Source: Candidatus Omnitrophota bacterium
GTDB lineage: Bacteria; Omnitrophota; Gorgyraeia; Gygaellales; Profunditerraquicolaceae
Length of the DNA: 64,000 nucleotides
Assembly: GCA_022710715.1 (NCBI GenBank)
Contig: JAKLGJ010000002.1
Location: 501,453-565,452, forward strand
Direction: 5' to 3'
How positions within the stretch are numbered: position 1 is the stretch's first letter; every line of letters starts with the position of its first letter. A model generated the notes under the pieces. The model did no database searches. It was not told the origin of the DNA and worked only from the letters and a program-made list of their open reading frames with translations. Shown here piece after piece: positions 36,532-46,212 of this stretch. The position numbers were made by a program, and so were the translations under genes.

Positions 36532-36783
36532 ATGAAAAAGCACAGCGTGGGAGTGGTGGCGATCCTGGTGAAACGGCGCGCGCAGACCGCGCCGCACGTC
36601 AACGATATCCTTACCCAGTACGGGGAGATTGTGATAGGCCGCATGGGTTTGCCGCATCATAAACAGGATATGAACATCATTACCCTGATCGTCGACGCGG
36701 ATACGGATCAGATCGGCGAGTTGACCGGCAAGCTGGGTATGCTCAAGGATGTTACGGTCAAGTCTACCCTGGCTAAAGTCTGA
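36532..36783 (+). CDS. TM1266-like putative [FeFe]-hydrogenase system regulator (small ACT-like protein)
   Basis: GGAGGG RBS; 83 aa; pattern VVAILV..R....VNDIL..YG..I.GRMG.P.......II.L.VDA..D.I..L.GKLG; adjacent to hydG/hydF. Confidence 0.5.
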   Translation: MKKHSVGVVAILVKRRAQTAPHVNDILTQYGEIVIGRMGLPHHKQDMNIITLIVDADTDQIGELTGKLGMLKDVTVKSTLAKV

Positions 36784-36821
36784 TCTCGCGGGCGCCGTCG
36801 AGGCGTAAGAAAGCGGAAAGC

Positions 36822-38297
36822 ATGATGGAGACGATCAAGAGAGAAGAAGTGGAGCGTTATCTGGAGCGGGGCAGGGATTTTATCGACGATGCCCTGATCG
36901 AACGCCTGCTGGAAGAGAATAAACAGCCCGATGCGCGGGCTGTGCGGGAGATCATTGCCCGGGCCCTGGAGATCAAGACGCTGGAGCCTGCGCAAACCGC
37001 GGCGTTATTGCAGGTGCAGGATGATGCGCTCTGGGAAGAGATTTTCCAGGCCGCCGCGAAGATCAAGACCAAAGTGTATGATAACCGGGTGGTGACGTTT
37101 GCGCCTTTGTACGCCGCGAATAAGTGCGTGAATAATTGTTCTTACTGCGGGTTCAGGCGGGAGAATCCGGCGATCCAGCGCCGGGTGCTGGATTTCGACG
37201 CGATCCGGGAAGAAACGCGCGTGCTTGCCGGCAAGCTTGGCCACAAACGCCTGATTTTCGTGTGCGGCGAACATCCGGAGTCCGGGGCGGATTATATCGC
37301 CGAGAGCATGCGCACCATTTACAGCGTGAAAGAAAAAGTGCGCAACGGACGCGGAGAGATCCGCAGGGTCAATGTCAATGCCGCGCCGATGAGCGTGGGC
37401 GATCTGATCAAGATCAAAGACGCCGGCATCGGCACCTTTCAGGTTTTTCAGGAAACCTATCATCACGCCACCTATGCCCGGGTGCATCCCGCCGGAACGG
37501 TCAAATCGGATTTCGGCTGGCGGCTGTACGCGTTGCACCGGGCGATGGAAGCCGGTATCGACGACGTGGCGATCGGCGCTCTGTTCGGTTTGTACGACTG
37601 GAAATTCGAGGTTATGGGCATGCTCTTCCACGCCCGGGACCTGGAAAAGCGTTTCGGCATCGGTCCGCACACGGTTTCCATGCCCCGGATCGAGCCGGCA
37701 GCCAACACGCCGTTTTGCGACCACGCGCCCCACCGGGTTAGCGACCGCGATTTCAAACGCCTGATCGCGGTGCTGCGTCTGTCTATTCCGTATGCCGGGA
37801 TGATCATTACCTGCCGGGAGCGCCCGGGGTTTATTCGGGATGTTATCCCGATGTGCACGCAGCGGGACGCTTCCAGCCGCATCGGCGTGGGCGCGTATAC
37901 TGGCCAGCAGCAAGAGCAGCAGCAGGATATCCAGCAATTCATCCTGGGAGATACGCGTTCCCTGGATGAAGTTATCCGCGAGCTGGCCTCTCTGGGGTAT
38001 ATCACTTCATTCTGCACCGCAGGGTACCGCTGCGGCCGCACCGGCAAGAACATCATGACCCTGCTGCGCACCGGGAAAGAAGGCTGTTTCTGCAAATTGA
38101 ACGCCATCCTGACCTTCCAGGAATGGCTGGAAGATTTTGCCAGCCGGGAAACCAGGGAGATCGGCGAGCGGATCATCGCTCAAGAGATCGCGCAGGTTAC
38201 CGAGCGGGTGCCCGCGTACTTTACGCCGGAGCTGCTGGAGAAAATGCTGGAATTTCACCGCCGGATCAAATCCGGAGAACGGGATCTGTGTTTTTAG
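36822..38297 (+). CDS. hydG: [FeFe]-hydrogenase maturase HydG (radical SAM tyrosine lyase)
   Basis: 491 aa; CVNNCSYC radical SAM motif; ThiH/HydG-like length and C-terminal Cys cluster. Confidence 0.8.
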   Translation: MMETIKREEVERYLERGRDFIDDALIERLLEENKQPDARAVREIIARALEIKTLEPAQTAALLQVQDDALWEEIFQAAAKIKTKVYDNRVVTFAPLYAANKCVNNCSYCGFRRENPAIQRRVLDFDAIREETRVLAGKLGHKRLIFVCGEHPESGADYIAESMRTIYSVKEKVRNGRGEIRRVNVNAAPMSVGDLIKIKDAGIGTFQVFQETYHHATYARVHPAGTVKSDFGWRLYALHRAMEAGIDDVAIGALFGLYDWKFEVMGMLFHARDLEKRFGIGPHTVSMPRIEPAANTPFCDHAPHRVSDRDFKRLIAVLRLSIPYAGMIITCRERPGFIRDVIPMCTQRDASSRIGVGAYTGQQQEQQQDIQQFILGDTRSLDEVIRELASLGYITSFCTAGYRCGRTGKNIMTLLRTGKEGCFCKLNAILTFQEWLEDFASRETREIGERIIAQEIAQVTERVPAYFTPELLEKMLEFHRRIKSGERDLCF

Positions 38298-38312
38298 GAA
38301 GGATTGGTATTC

Positions 38313-39572
38313 ATGGAAAAAGCGCCTAAATCGCTGCGTTTGCATATCGGGATATTCGGGCGGACCAATGTGGGCAAGTCCAGTTTTTTGAACCTGGTGG
38401 CCGGACAGGATGTGGCGATCGTGTCCGAAGTGCCCGGCACGACAACCGACGTGGTCGAGAAAACCATGGAGTTGCTTCCTCTGGGGCCGGTGGTATTCCT
38501 GGATACGGCCGGCATGGACGATACCTCCGAACTGGGATCTTTGCGGCTGAAGAAGACCCGCAAAATTTTCGACCGGTCGGATGTGGTCCTGCTGCTGCTG
38601 GAACCGGATATCTGGACGGAATATGAGGATGGTATTATTGAGGAAGCCCGGTCCAGAGCGATCCCGGTGATCCTGGTGGTGAACAAGATCGATCAGAAGC
38701 AACCTTCTTCGGCATACCTGGAACGGCTCGAAAAGGTAACCGAGCGAATAGTCCTGTGTTCCAGCCTTGACGGTAAAAAACGCGATACCTATCTTAATCC
38801 TTTGAAGCAGAAGCTGATCGAAACCTGTCCGGAAGAGTTTTTGAACCCGCCGCCATTGATCGCGGATTTGATCCCGGCCGGCGGGCTGGCAGTGCTCATC
38901 GTTCCCATCGATCTGGAAGCGCCCAAGGGAAGATTGATCCTGCCGCAGGTGCAGACTTTGCGCGATTGCCTGGATAATGGCAGCATGGCGCTGGTAGTCA
39001 AAGAGAGTGAGTATGCCGTCGCGTTGCGCCAGCTTACAAATCCTCCGGATCTGGTAGTCTGCGATTCGCAGGTGGTCTTGAAGATGGTCGAGGATACGCC
39101 GGAAACTTTGAGGTGCACTACTTTTTCCATGCTCTTCGCCCGCAATAAAGGCGATCTGGTCGAGGCGGCGCGGGGCGCGGCAATGCTGGAATCGTTGCAG
39201 CCGGGCGATAAAGTGCTGATCGCCGAAGCCTGTAGCCATCATCCTATCCAGGATGATATCGGCCGGGTGAAGATCCCCCGCTGGCTGCGGCAGTTCGTAG
39301 GCGGCGACCTGCAGATCGATGTTTCTTCCGGAAGAGATTATCCGGAAGACCTGGCGCAGTATAAGCTGATCATCCATTGCGGCGGGTGCATGCTTACCCG
39401 GCGGGAGATGCTCTTCCGGATCGAAAAAGCCCAAGAAGCAGGCGTGCCGATCACCAACTACGGCGTGGCCATATCCGTTCTGCAGGGCGTGGCGCAGCGC
39501 ACCCTGGCGCCTTTTCCCGCGGCCTGGGAAGCTTTCCGCGCGGCGCAGGGGGAGAGGGCGAAAAAAGCTTGA
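38313..39572 (+). CDS. hydF: [FeFe]-hydrogenase maturation GTPase HydF
   Basis: AGGAAGGA RBS; G1 GRTNVGKSS; C-terminal CSHH...HCGGC FeS motif. Confidence 0.85.
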   Translation: MEKAPKSLRLHIGIFGRTNVGKSSFLNLVAGQDVAIVSEVPGTTTDVVEKTMELLPLGPVVFLDTAGMDDTSELGSLRLKKTRKIFDRSDVVLLLLEPDIWTEYEDGIIEEARSRAIPVILVVNKIDQKQPSSAYLERLEKVTERIVLCSSLDGKKRDTYLNPLKQKLIETCPEEFLNPPPLIADLIPAGGLAVLIVPIDLEAPKGRLILPQVQTLRDCLDNGSMALVVKESEYAVALRQLTNPPDLVVCDSQVVLKMVEDTPETLRCTTFSMLFARNKGDLVEAARGAAMLESLQPGDKVLIAEACSHHPIQDDIGRVKIPRWLRQFVGGDLQIDVSSGRDYPEDLAQYKLIIHCGGCMLTRREMLFRIEKAQEAGVPITNYGVAISVLQGVAQRTLAPFPAAWEAFRAAQGERAKKA

Positions 39573-39693
39573 TTTTTTCGGAAAATGTGATATATTTTAA
39601 ATCTCTACTGCAAAAAGTGAAGGACTCCTTCCTGATTGCTTAGTCTCAAATTCATCCCTTTACAGTGAACGGAAAGACGAGAGAAGGTCGGCA

Positions 39694-40164
39694 ATGGAAC
39701 AGAAGATTTCTATTGAAATCAAAAATTTGGTAGATAAGTGGAAGAGCAAAGAGGGCAACCTGATCATGATCCTCCACGAGATCCAGAATCATCACGGGTA
39801 TGTCCCGCGCGAGCTTTCTCTGGAGCTTTCCCAGATGCTCGACGTTCCTCTGGCGCGCATCTACGAAGTGATCACCTTCTATAATTTCTTCAAACTCACT
39901 CCCCCGGGCAAACACAAGATCGCCGTTTGCATGGGCACGGCCTGTTATCTCAAGGGCGGCCAGGACCTGATCAACGAAGTCAAGAACATTCTGCATATCG
40001 AACCCGGACAGACCACCAAAGACGGACAATACTATCTGGATATGGTGCGTTGCCTGGGATGTTGCGGTCTGGCGCCGGTAATGATGATAGACGAGAAAGT
40101 ATACGGAAAAGTCAAGAAGAGCGAAATAATGGATATTCTCTCCAAGCACGGGAGCACAGATTAA
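39694..40164 (+). CDS. NuoE/HndA-like thioredoxin-fold [2Fe-2S] subunit
   Basis: CMGTACYLKG...CLGCCGLAP. Confidence 0.85.
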   Translation: MEQKISIEIKNLVDKWKSKEGNLIMILHEIQNHHGYVPRELSLELSQMLDVPLARIYEVITFYNFFKLTPPGKHKIAVCMGTACYLKGGQDLINEVKNILHIEPGQTTKDGQYYLDMVRCLGCCGLAPVMMIDEKVYGKVKKSEIMDILSKHGSTD

Positions 40165-40167
40165 ACC

Positions 40168-40518
40168 ATGGATAAACTGACCCCAGAGGCAATCGACAGG
40201 ATATTCAAACAGAACCGGCAGCAGTCCGCCAACTGGATCAAGGTCGGGATGAGCACCTGCGGCATTGCCGCCGGCGCGGATGAAGTGTATGCCACCCTGG
40301 TCGAAGAAATAAAGAAACGCAATATACAGGTTACGGTCAAGAAATGCGGTTGCCTGGGTATGTGCCACGCCGAACCCCTGGTGGAAGTCTGCGTGGACGG
40401 CATGCCCACCGTGATCTACGGCCGGGTGAACAAGGAAATCGCGGTAAAGATACTGGATAAACACGTTAATTCCAAAGCATTGTTAAACGATTATATTTTC
40501 GATCTCGAGACCAAATAA
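40168..40518 (+). CDS. HndB-like small [2Fe-2S] ferredoxin-domain subunit
   Basis: STCGIAAGA...CGCLGMCHAEP. Confidence 0.7.
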   Translation: MDKLTPEAIDRIFKQNRQQSANWIKVGMSTCGIAAGADEVYATLVEEIKKRNIQVTVKKCGCLGMCHAEPLVEVCVDGMPTVIYGRVNKEIAVKILDKHVNSKALLNDYIFDLETK

Positions 40519-40520
40519 TC

Positions 40521-42260
40521 ATGTTCAAGAAAACCATTCTTTTAAAAGATACCAGTTTCAGCCCGGAAGATAAGACCAGGGATGTATTCACCCGCTGCCT
40601 GGATTATTTGAGGGAAAAACAGCTGGAACAGGATATCCAGGTGGTCAGGGTTGCGGACAGCGGGGTGTACGGTCAGGGGCTGGTAATGAAAGTCCTGCCG
40701 GATGCGACGCTATATGTCAATTTGAAAGATGAGGATGTCACCAGGGTCATCGATGCCGCGGCGCAGAATAAGACGATCGAAGGGTTGGCGCTGAAGAAAG
40801 CGCCCAAGCAGATCCGCATCGTGTTGCGTAATTGCGGAAAGATCGACCCGGAATCCCTCGAAGAATACATCGCTACCGGCGGGTATGTCGGTTTGAAGAA
40901 AGCTTTGCTGGAGCTCACCCCGGATAAAGTGATCGAGGAGATGAAGAAAGCGGGTTTGCGCGGCCGCGGCGGCGCTGGATACCCCACCTGGATGAAATGG
41001 AAATTTGCCCGCCAGGTCGTTGCAGACCAGAAATTCGTCATCTGCAATGCCGATGAAGGCGACCCGGGCGCGTATATGGACAGAAGCGTGCTGGAAGGCG
41101 ATCCGCACTCGGTGATCGAAGGTTTGATCATTGCCGCGTACGCGGTGGGAGCGTCCAAAGGCTATTTCTATATCCGCGCCGAATATCCTCTGGCGGTGGA
41201 GAGGATTCAGAAAGCTATCGACCAGGCCAATGCAGCGGGCTTGCTGGGCAAGAACATTTTAGGCAGCGCGTTCAGCCTCGATCTGGAGATCCGTCTGGGC
41301 GCCGGGGCGTTTGTCTGCGGCGAAGAGACGGCATTGATCGCTTCGATCGAAGGCCGGCGCGGCACGCCGCGTCCCCGTCCGCCGTATCCTTCGGTAAAAG
41401 GTCTCTGGGATAAGCCCACGGTGATCAATAACGTGGAGACTTTGTCCAATGTTTCGTTTATCCTTTTGAAGGGCAGCGAGCAGTTCGCGAGCATCGGGAC
41501 GGAAAAATCCAAAGGCACCAAGGTTTTTGCCGTGACCGGGAAAGTCAAGAATTCGGGGCTGGTGGAAGTGCCCATGGGCATTACCTTGAGAGAGATAGTC
41601 TATGATATCGGCGGCGGCACGATTTCCGGCAAAGCGGTCAAAGCCGTGCAGACCGGCGGCCCTTCCGGCGGAGTGATCCCGGTAGACGCGCTGGATACCC
41701 AGGTGGATTACGAAAACCTGCAGAAACTGGGATCGATCATGGGGTCCGGCGGCATGATCGTCATGGATGAAGAGGATTGCATGGTGGATATCGCCAAATT
41801 CTACCTGGGTTTTTGCGTGGACGAATCCTGCGGTAAATGCGCGCCCTGCCGTATCGGCGGCTACCAGATGCTGGAAGTGTTGAAGCGCGTGGCCAACGGT
41901 CAGGCCAAGCTCGAAGATATGACCGTGCTGCGGCGGATCTCCCAGGCGATGCAGAAAGCGTCTCTCTGCGGATTGGGTCAGACCGCGGCCAACCCGGTGC
42001 TTTCCACGATGAAATATTTCGAAAGCGAATACAAACAGCATATCGAGAACAAGAAATGCCCCGCGGGCAAATGCTCGGCGCTGTCCAACTACGCGATCAT
42101 TCAGGAAAAGTGCAAACGCTGCTCGCTCTGCCAGAAGAATTGCCCGGTGGAAGCTATCCCGGGGAGCAGGGAAGACGGATTTACCATTGTCCAGGAAAAA
42201 TGTATAAAATGCGGACGCTGTCTTGAAGTCTGTAAATTCAAGGCCGTATCCAAAACATAA
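40521..42260 (+). CDS. NuoF/HndC-like flavoprotein subunit (FMN/NAD(P)H binding, FeS clusters)
   Basis: GLRGRGGAGYPT motif; C-terminal ferredoxin CxxCxxCxxxCP motifs. Confidence 0.9.
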   Translation: MFKKTILLKDTSFSPEDKTRDVFTRCLDYLREKQLEQDIQVVRVADSGVYGQGLVMKVLPDATLYVNLKDEDVTRVIDAAAQNKTIEGLALKKAPKQIRIVLRNCGKIDPESLEEYIATGGYVGLKKALLELTPDKVIEEMKKAGLRGRGGAGYPTWMKWKFARQVVADQKFVICNADEGDPGAYMDRSVLEGDPHSVIEGLIIAAYAVGASKGYFYIRAEYPLAVERIQKAIDQANAAGLLGKNILGSAFSLDLEIRLGAGAFVCGEETALIASIEGRRGTPRPRPPYPSVKGLWDKPTVINNVETLSNVSFILLKGSEQFASIGTEKSKGTKVFAVTGKVKNSGLVEVPMGITLREIVYDIGGGTISGKAVKAVQTGGPSGGVIPVDALDTQVDYENLQKLGSIMGSGGMIVMDEEDCMVDIAKFYLGFCVDESCGKCAPCRIGGYQMLEVLKRVANGQAKLEDMTVLRRISQAMQKASLCGLGQTAANPVLSTMKYFESEYKQHIENKKCPAGKCSALSNYAIIQEKCKRCSLCQKNCPVEAIPGSREDGFTIVQEKCIKCGRCLEVCKFKAVSKT

Positions 42261-42263
42261 CCT

Positions 42264-44018
42264 ATGCCTAAAGTCATCAAAGCTAAAATTAACGGGATCC
42301 TTTTGAGAGTGCCCGAGGGGACCACGATCCTGGAAGCCGCGGAAAAAGTCCAGGTGAAGATCCCGACGTTATGCAAGCATCCCGATCTGACCGCGTCCGC
42401 CGGGTGCGGCATCTGTATCGTCAGGATCAAGGGCACCGCGAAAATGCTGCGCGCCTGCAGCACTCCGATCGAAGAAGGCATGGAGATCATTACCCATGAC
42501 CCGGAGATCGTGGAGATACGCAGAACGGTGATCGAGCTGATCCTCTCCAACCATCCCAATGATTGCTTGAAATGCGGGCGCAACAATAATTGCGAACTGC
42601 AGAAACTGACCGCCGACTTCGGCATCCGCCAGGAGTCGTTCCCGCAGTTTCTGAAAAATCTGCCCACGGATAATTCGACCAATACCATTACCCTGGAACC
42701 GCCGAAATGCATACTCTGCGGCCGCTGCGTTGAAGTCTGCCAGAACGGGCAGGACGTCTGGGCGTTGTCTTTTTTGGAACGGGGGATCAAGACCAGGATC
42801 TCTCCGGCCGGCGAAATCCAGCTGGCGGATTCTCCGTGCGTGCGCTGCGGGCAATGCTCGAATCACTGCCCCACCGGCGCGATCGTCGAGAAAGACCACA
42901 CCGGAAAAGTCTGGGAGGCGTTGCTTGACCCGGACAAGTTCTGCGTGGTCCAGATCGCTCCGGCCGTGCGCGTGGCCATCGGCGAGGCATTCGGATTTCC
43001 CGTGGGGACCAATCTGACCAGAAAGATGTACGCGGTGCTGCGCCGTCTGGGATTCAAGGCGGTATTCGACACTTCTTTTGCCGCGGATGTTACCATCATG
43101 GAAGAGGCCAGCGAATTCGAAGAGCGGTTTATCAACAACAAAAAGCCGCTTCCTCTCATTACCAGCTGCTGCCCTTCCTGGGTCGATTTTATGGAGAAAT
43201 TCCACGGGGACATGATCGAGCATTTCTCTTCCTGCAAGTCCCCGCACGAAATCCTGGGAGTACTCTCCAAGACCTATTATGCCAGGAAGAACAATATCGA
43301 TCCCGCGAAGATATTTATGGTTTCGATCATGCCCTGCACGTCCAAAAAATACGAGATCAGCAGGAGCGATGAGATGTTCGCTTCCGGATATCAGGATATC
43401 GATGTGGCTTTGACCACCCGGGAGTTGTCCCGGATGATCAAACAGTCCGGCCTGGATTTTAACCACCTCCCCGAAGAAGAGTGCGACAGCATCCTGGGCG
43501 AATATGCCGGCGCGGGGGTTATCTTCGGAGCCACCGGCGGCGTGATGGAAGCGGCGTTGAGAACCGCGAATTACTTCATTACCGGCAATGAGCTGGAGAG
43601 AGTCGATTTCGACGCGGTGCGTGGTCTCAAAGGCGTCAAGGAAGCGGAGATCGAGATCGCCGGCAAGAAAGTCAAGATCGCTATCGCTCACGGCCTGGGC
43701 AATGTGGAGTATGTGATCAACAAAGTCCGGGAAGCCAAAAAGAATAATAAGGAAATGCCCTGGCATTTCATCGAGGTTATGGCTTGCCCCGGCGGCTGCG
43801 TCGGCGGCGGCGGGCAACCGTATAACGTCACCGATGAGCTGCGCATCAAAAGAGCCGAAGGTTTATATAAGGAAGATAAGACCAAGGAGATCCGCTGTTC
43901 GCATCAGAATCCGTATATCAAGAGGATCTACGAGGAATTCCTGGAAAAACCTTTAAGCGAAAAATCCGAGAAACTTTTACACACCGCCTACAAATCCCGT
44001 CCCACCTACCGCAAATAG
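42264..44018 (+). CDS. hydA: [FeFe]-hydrogenase catalytic subunit (HydA/HndD-type, NuoG-like N-terminus)
   Basis: H-cluster motifs TSCCPSW, MPCTSKKYE, EVMACPGGCVGGGGQP; N-terminal 2Fe-2S + 4Fe-4S domains. Confidence 0.95.
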   Translation: MPKVIKAKINGILLRVPEGTTILEAAEKVQVKIPTLCKHPDLTASAGCGICIVRIKGTAKMLRACSTPIEEGMEIITHDPEIVEIRRTVIELILSNHPNDCLKCGRNNNCELQKLTADFGIRQESFPQFLKNLPTDNSTNTITLEPPKCILCGRCVEVCQNGQDVWALSFLERGIKTRISPAGEIQLADSPCVRCGQCSNHCPTGAIVEKDHTGKVWEALLDPDKFCVVQIAPAVRVAIGEAFGFPVGTNLTRKMYAVLRRLGFKAVFDTSFAADVTIMEEASEFEERFINNKKPLPLITSCCPSWVDFMEKFHGDMIEHFSSCKSPHEILGVLSKTYYARKNNIDPAKIFMVSIMPCTSKKYEISRSDEMFASGYQDIDVALTTRELSRMIKQSGLDFNHLPEEECDSILGEYAGAGVIFGATGGVMEAALRTANYFITGNELERVDFDAVRGLKGVKEAEIEIAGKKVKIAIAHGLGNVEYVINKVREAKKNNKEMPWHFIEVMACPGGCVGGGGQPYNVTDELRIKRAEGLYKEDKTKEIRCSHQNPYIKRIYEEFLEKPLSEKSEKLLHTAYKSRPTYRK

Positions 44019-44088
44019 CAGACGCTTTCCCCATCCATAAGGGGTGCAGCGATTTGCAAAGATATTGTATGGTTCGAAAAAGGGAGTT

Positions 44089-44130
44089 CTGGAAAAATCC
44101 AGGCTCCCTTTTTAGTTTTTTGAGGTATAA
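44089..44130 (+). terminator. intrinsic terminator after hydA
   Basis: aaaagggag-ttctgg-aaaaat-ccagg-ctccc then ttttt. Confidence 0.55.
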
Positions 44131-44163
44131 TGGAAACGGTTTGTAATCACAAGGGAGCTTGAG

Positions 44164-45117
44164 ATGCGTATTCTGGTTACCGGCGCCACCGGTTTCATCG
44201 GCAGCCGCCTGGTCGATGCGTTGCTGGCTCAAGGCCATGCGGTTACCGCTCTGGTGCGCGAGACCAGCGACACGACGTTTCTTCGAGCCGGAAACGTCAA
44301 CCTGCTCACGGGAGACCTTCGCGATGCGCGCAGCATAGAAGCGTTGCCGGCGCAGCCCTGGGACGCGGTGTTCCATTGCGCGGCGATGGTCGCGGACAGC
44401 GATCCCCGGGCCCTTTTTAAATCCAATGTGATCGGCACCGGGAATATCTGCGAGCTCGCTCAACGCTCGCACGCCGGCAGGTTCATTTATCTAAGTTCCG
44501 TTGCCGTGATCAGCGGGAATCCCCGGTCGCCTCTTACCGATGATCTTCCTTACCGCGCTACCAATCTCTATGGCCATTCCAAGATCGAAGCGGAAAAAAT
44601 AGTTCTCTCTTTCAGGCAACAGGGATTGCCGGTAGCAATCCTGCGCCCGAGCATGGTGTATGGAGAAGGCGAGCCGCATATGCAGCAGGTTTTGCTGCGG
44701 CTGCTGCAATGGCGGCTGCTTGCGCTTCCGGCGCGCGGCCGTCCGAAAATGCATCTGGCGTATGTGGGCACGGTCGTGCGCGCGCTGCTTTTGGCATTGC
44801 AGAGCGACGTTTTGCTCGAAGGGACTTTCCTGGTGGCGGATGAAGACGTCTTGAGCATGCGGGAGATATTCACCGCTTTCAGCGCAGGGCTGGATGCGCC
44901 TGCGCCGTGGCTCCTGCCCTGCGGCATGACGCCGCTGTTGCGCCGGCTTCCCTGGCTGGGCAGGCGGCTGGATGCTCTGCTCAAGGATCGGGTCTACGAT
45001 ATCAGCCGGCTGAAAGCCGCGGGTTTCCCGGCAGGAGAGTATTCGACCAGAGCGTTACTTGTGCGCACGGCAAGGGAGTGGAAGAGCGGACAGTCGGCAG
45101 GTCAGATTTTCCTGTAG
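44164..45117 (+). CDS. NAD-dependent epimerase/dehydratase (SDR) family protein
   Basis: ILVTGATGFIGSRL Rossmann motif; YxxxK. Confidence 0.8.
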   Translation: MRILVTGATGFIGSRLVDALLAQGHAVTALVRETSDTTFLRAGNVNLLTGDLRDARSIEALPAQPWDAVFHCAAMVADSDPRALFKSNVIGTGNICELAQRSHAGRFIYLSSVAVISGNPRSPLTDDLPYRATNLYGHSKIEAEKIVLSFRQQGLPVAILRPSMVYGEGEPHMQQVLLRLLQWRLLALPARGRPKMHLAYVGTVVRALLLALQSDVLLEGTFLVADEDVLSMREIFTAFSAGLDAPAPWLLPCGMTPLLRRLPWLGRRLDALLKDRVYDISRLKAAGFPAGEYSTRALLVRTAREWKSGQSAGQIFL

Positions 45118-46187
45118 ATGCGGGCGTTGGAATCGGTATCCTCGAAATAATTCTTCATCTCATACACCATATTCTCGGATTTCCCCAGTACGATATATCC
45201 GTTCAGACGCAGCGATTCATGAAATTGCTTGAGGATCTGATGCTGGAGTTCTTTGTTGAAATAGATGAAGACATTCCGGCACAGCAGTATATCGATGTCC
45301 TTGAGGTATTCCTGCGAAGTCAGATCGAGGTAATTGAACGCAACCATGCTCTTTACGGATTCCAGAACGCGGTAATTGTCCCCGCTGACCGCGAAATATT
45401 TCGATACCAGTTCGGGCTCGGTGTTGATCAGCCGGTCCTTGGGGTACTCGGCTTTTTGCGCGGTATTCAGGCAGGCTTTATCCACATCGGTAGCGAAGAG
45501 TTCCACTTTAAAATGCAGGAGGGTGGTTTTAAGCACTTCCCGCAACAGTATCGCCATGCTGTACATTTCTTCTCCGCAGGCGCAGCCGGCCGACCAGATG
45601 CGCAGCGACGTGTCGTTGTTGCGCATTTTTTCCCTGGCCAGCGTTTCGATCAGATATCTGATGGTGATCCAGACCGGCTTGTCGCGAAAGAACTCCGAGA
45701 CATTGATACAGAGGGTTTCGAAAAGTTTCTCGTATTCCTGCGGCTGCCGGGCGAGCAGGTTCATGTATTCGGTATAGGAAGACAGGTTGTTGAGTTTGAT
45801 GCGCAGCGCGAAACGCCGTTTGAGCAGGTCGATGTGATAATTGCGGAAATCCAGCCCGCGGTCCTGCAGGATGCGTTCGAGCAGCCGCCGGAAAGCTTTC
45901 TTCCGGTCTTCGAGAGGCGGATGTCCGGGGTTGGCGTCGATGGTGTCGATGGCTTTGAGCACGACGTGGTTGATCTCCCGCTGGTGTTCCTCTCTCGCTT
46001 GTTGCACCGCGGCGTCAAGTTCTTCCCGGGTTACGCTGACCGTCTTCGGGGCGACCTGGGCAAGCACCTCTTTGAGCATGTCTTTTCTGCATTTGGCGCA
46101 GGTGCAAATGTCGTAACGCATGTTCAGGCTGCGCTCGAGGGTTTCCAGGGCGATGATTTCAATGAGATTGTAGTTTTGAACGCTCAT
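45102..46187 (-). CDS. ComFB-like N-domain fused to CheR-type SAM methyltransferase
   Basis: N-term YDICTCAKCRKDML..PKTV (ComFB 4-Cys pattern); CheR motifs (INVSEFFRD, IWSAGCACGEE, LLCRNVFIYF). Confidence 0.7.
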   Translation of the reverse strand: MSVQNYNLIEIIALETLERSLNMRYDICTCAKCRKDMLKEVLAQVAPKTVSVTREELDAAVQQAREEHQREINHVVLKAIDTIDANPGHPPLEDRKKAFRRLLERILQDRGLDFRNYHIDLLKRRFALRIKLNNLSSYTEYMNLLARQPQEYEKLFETLCINVSEFFRDKPVWITIRYLIETLAREKMRNNDTSLRIWSAGCACGEEMYSMAILLREVLKTTLLHFKVELFATDVDKACLNTAQKAEYPKDRLINTEPELVSKYFAVSGDNYRVLESVKSMVAFNYLDLTSQEYLKDIDILLCRNVFIYFNKELQHQILKQFHESLRLNGYIVLGKSENMVYEMKNYFEDTDSNARIYRKI

Positions 46188-46212
46188 GACCCTATTATAT
46201 CACCGGCAGGGA

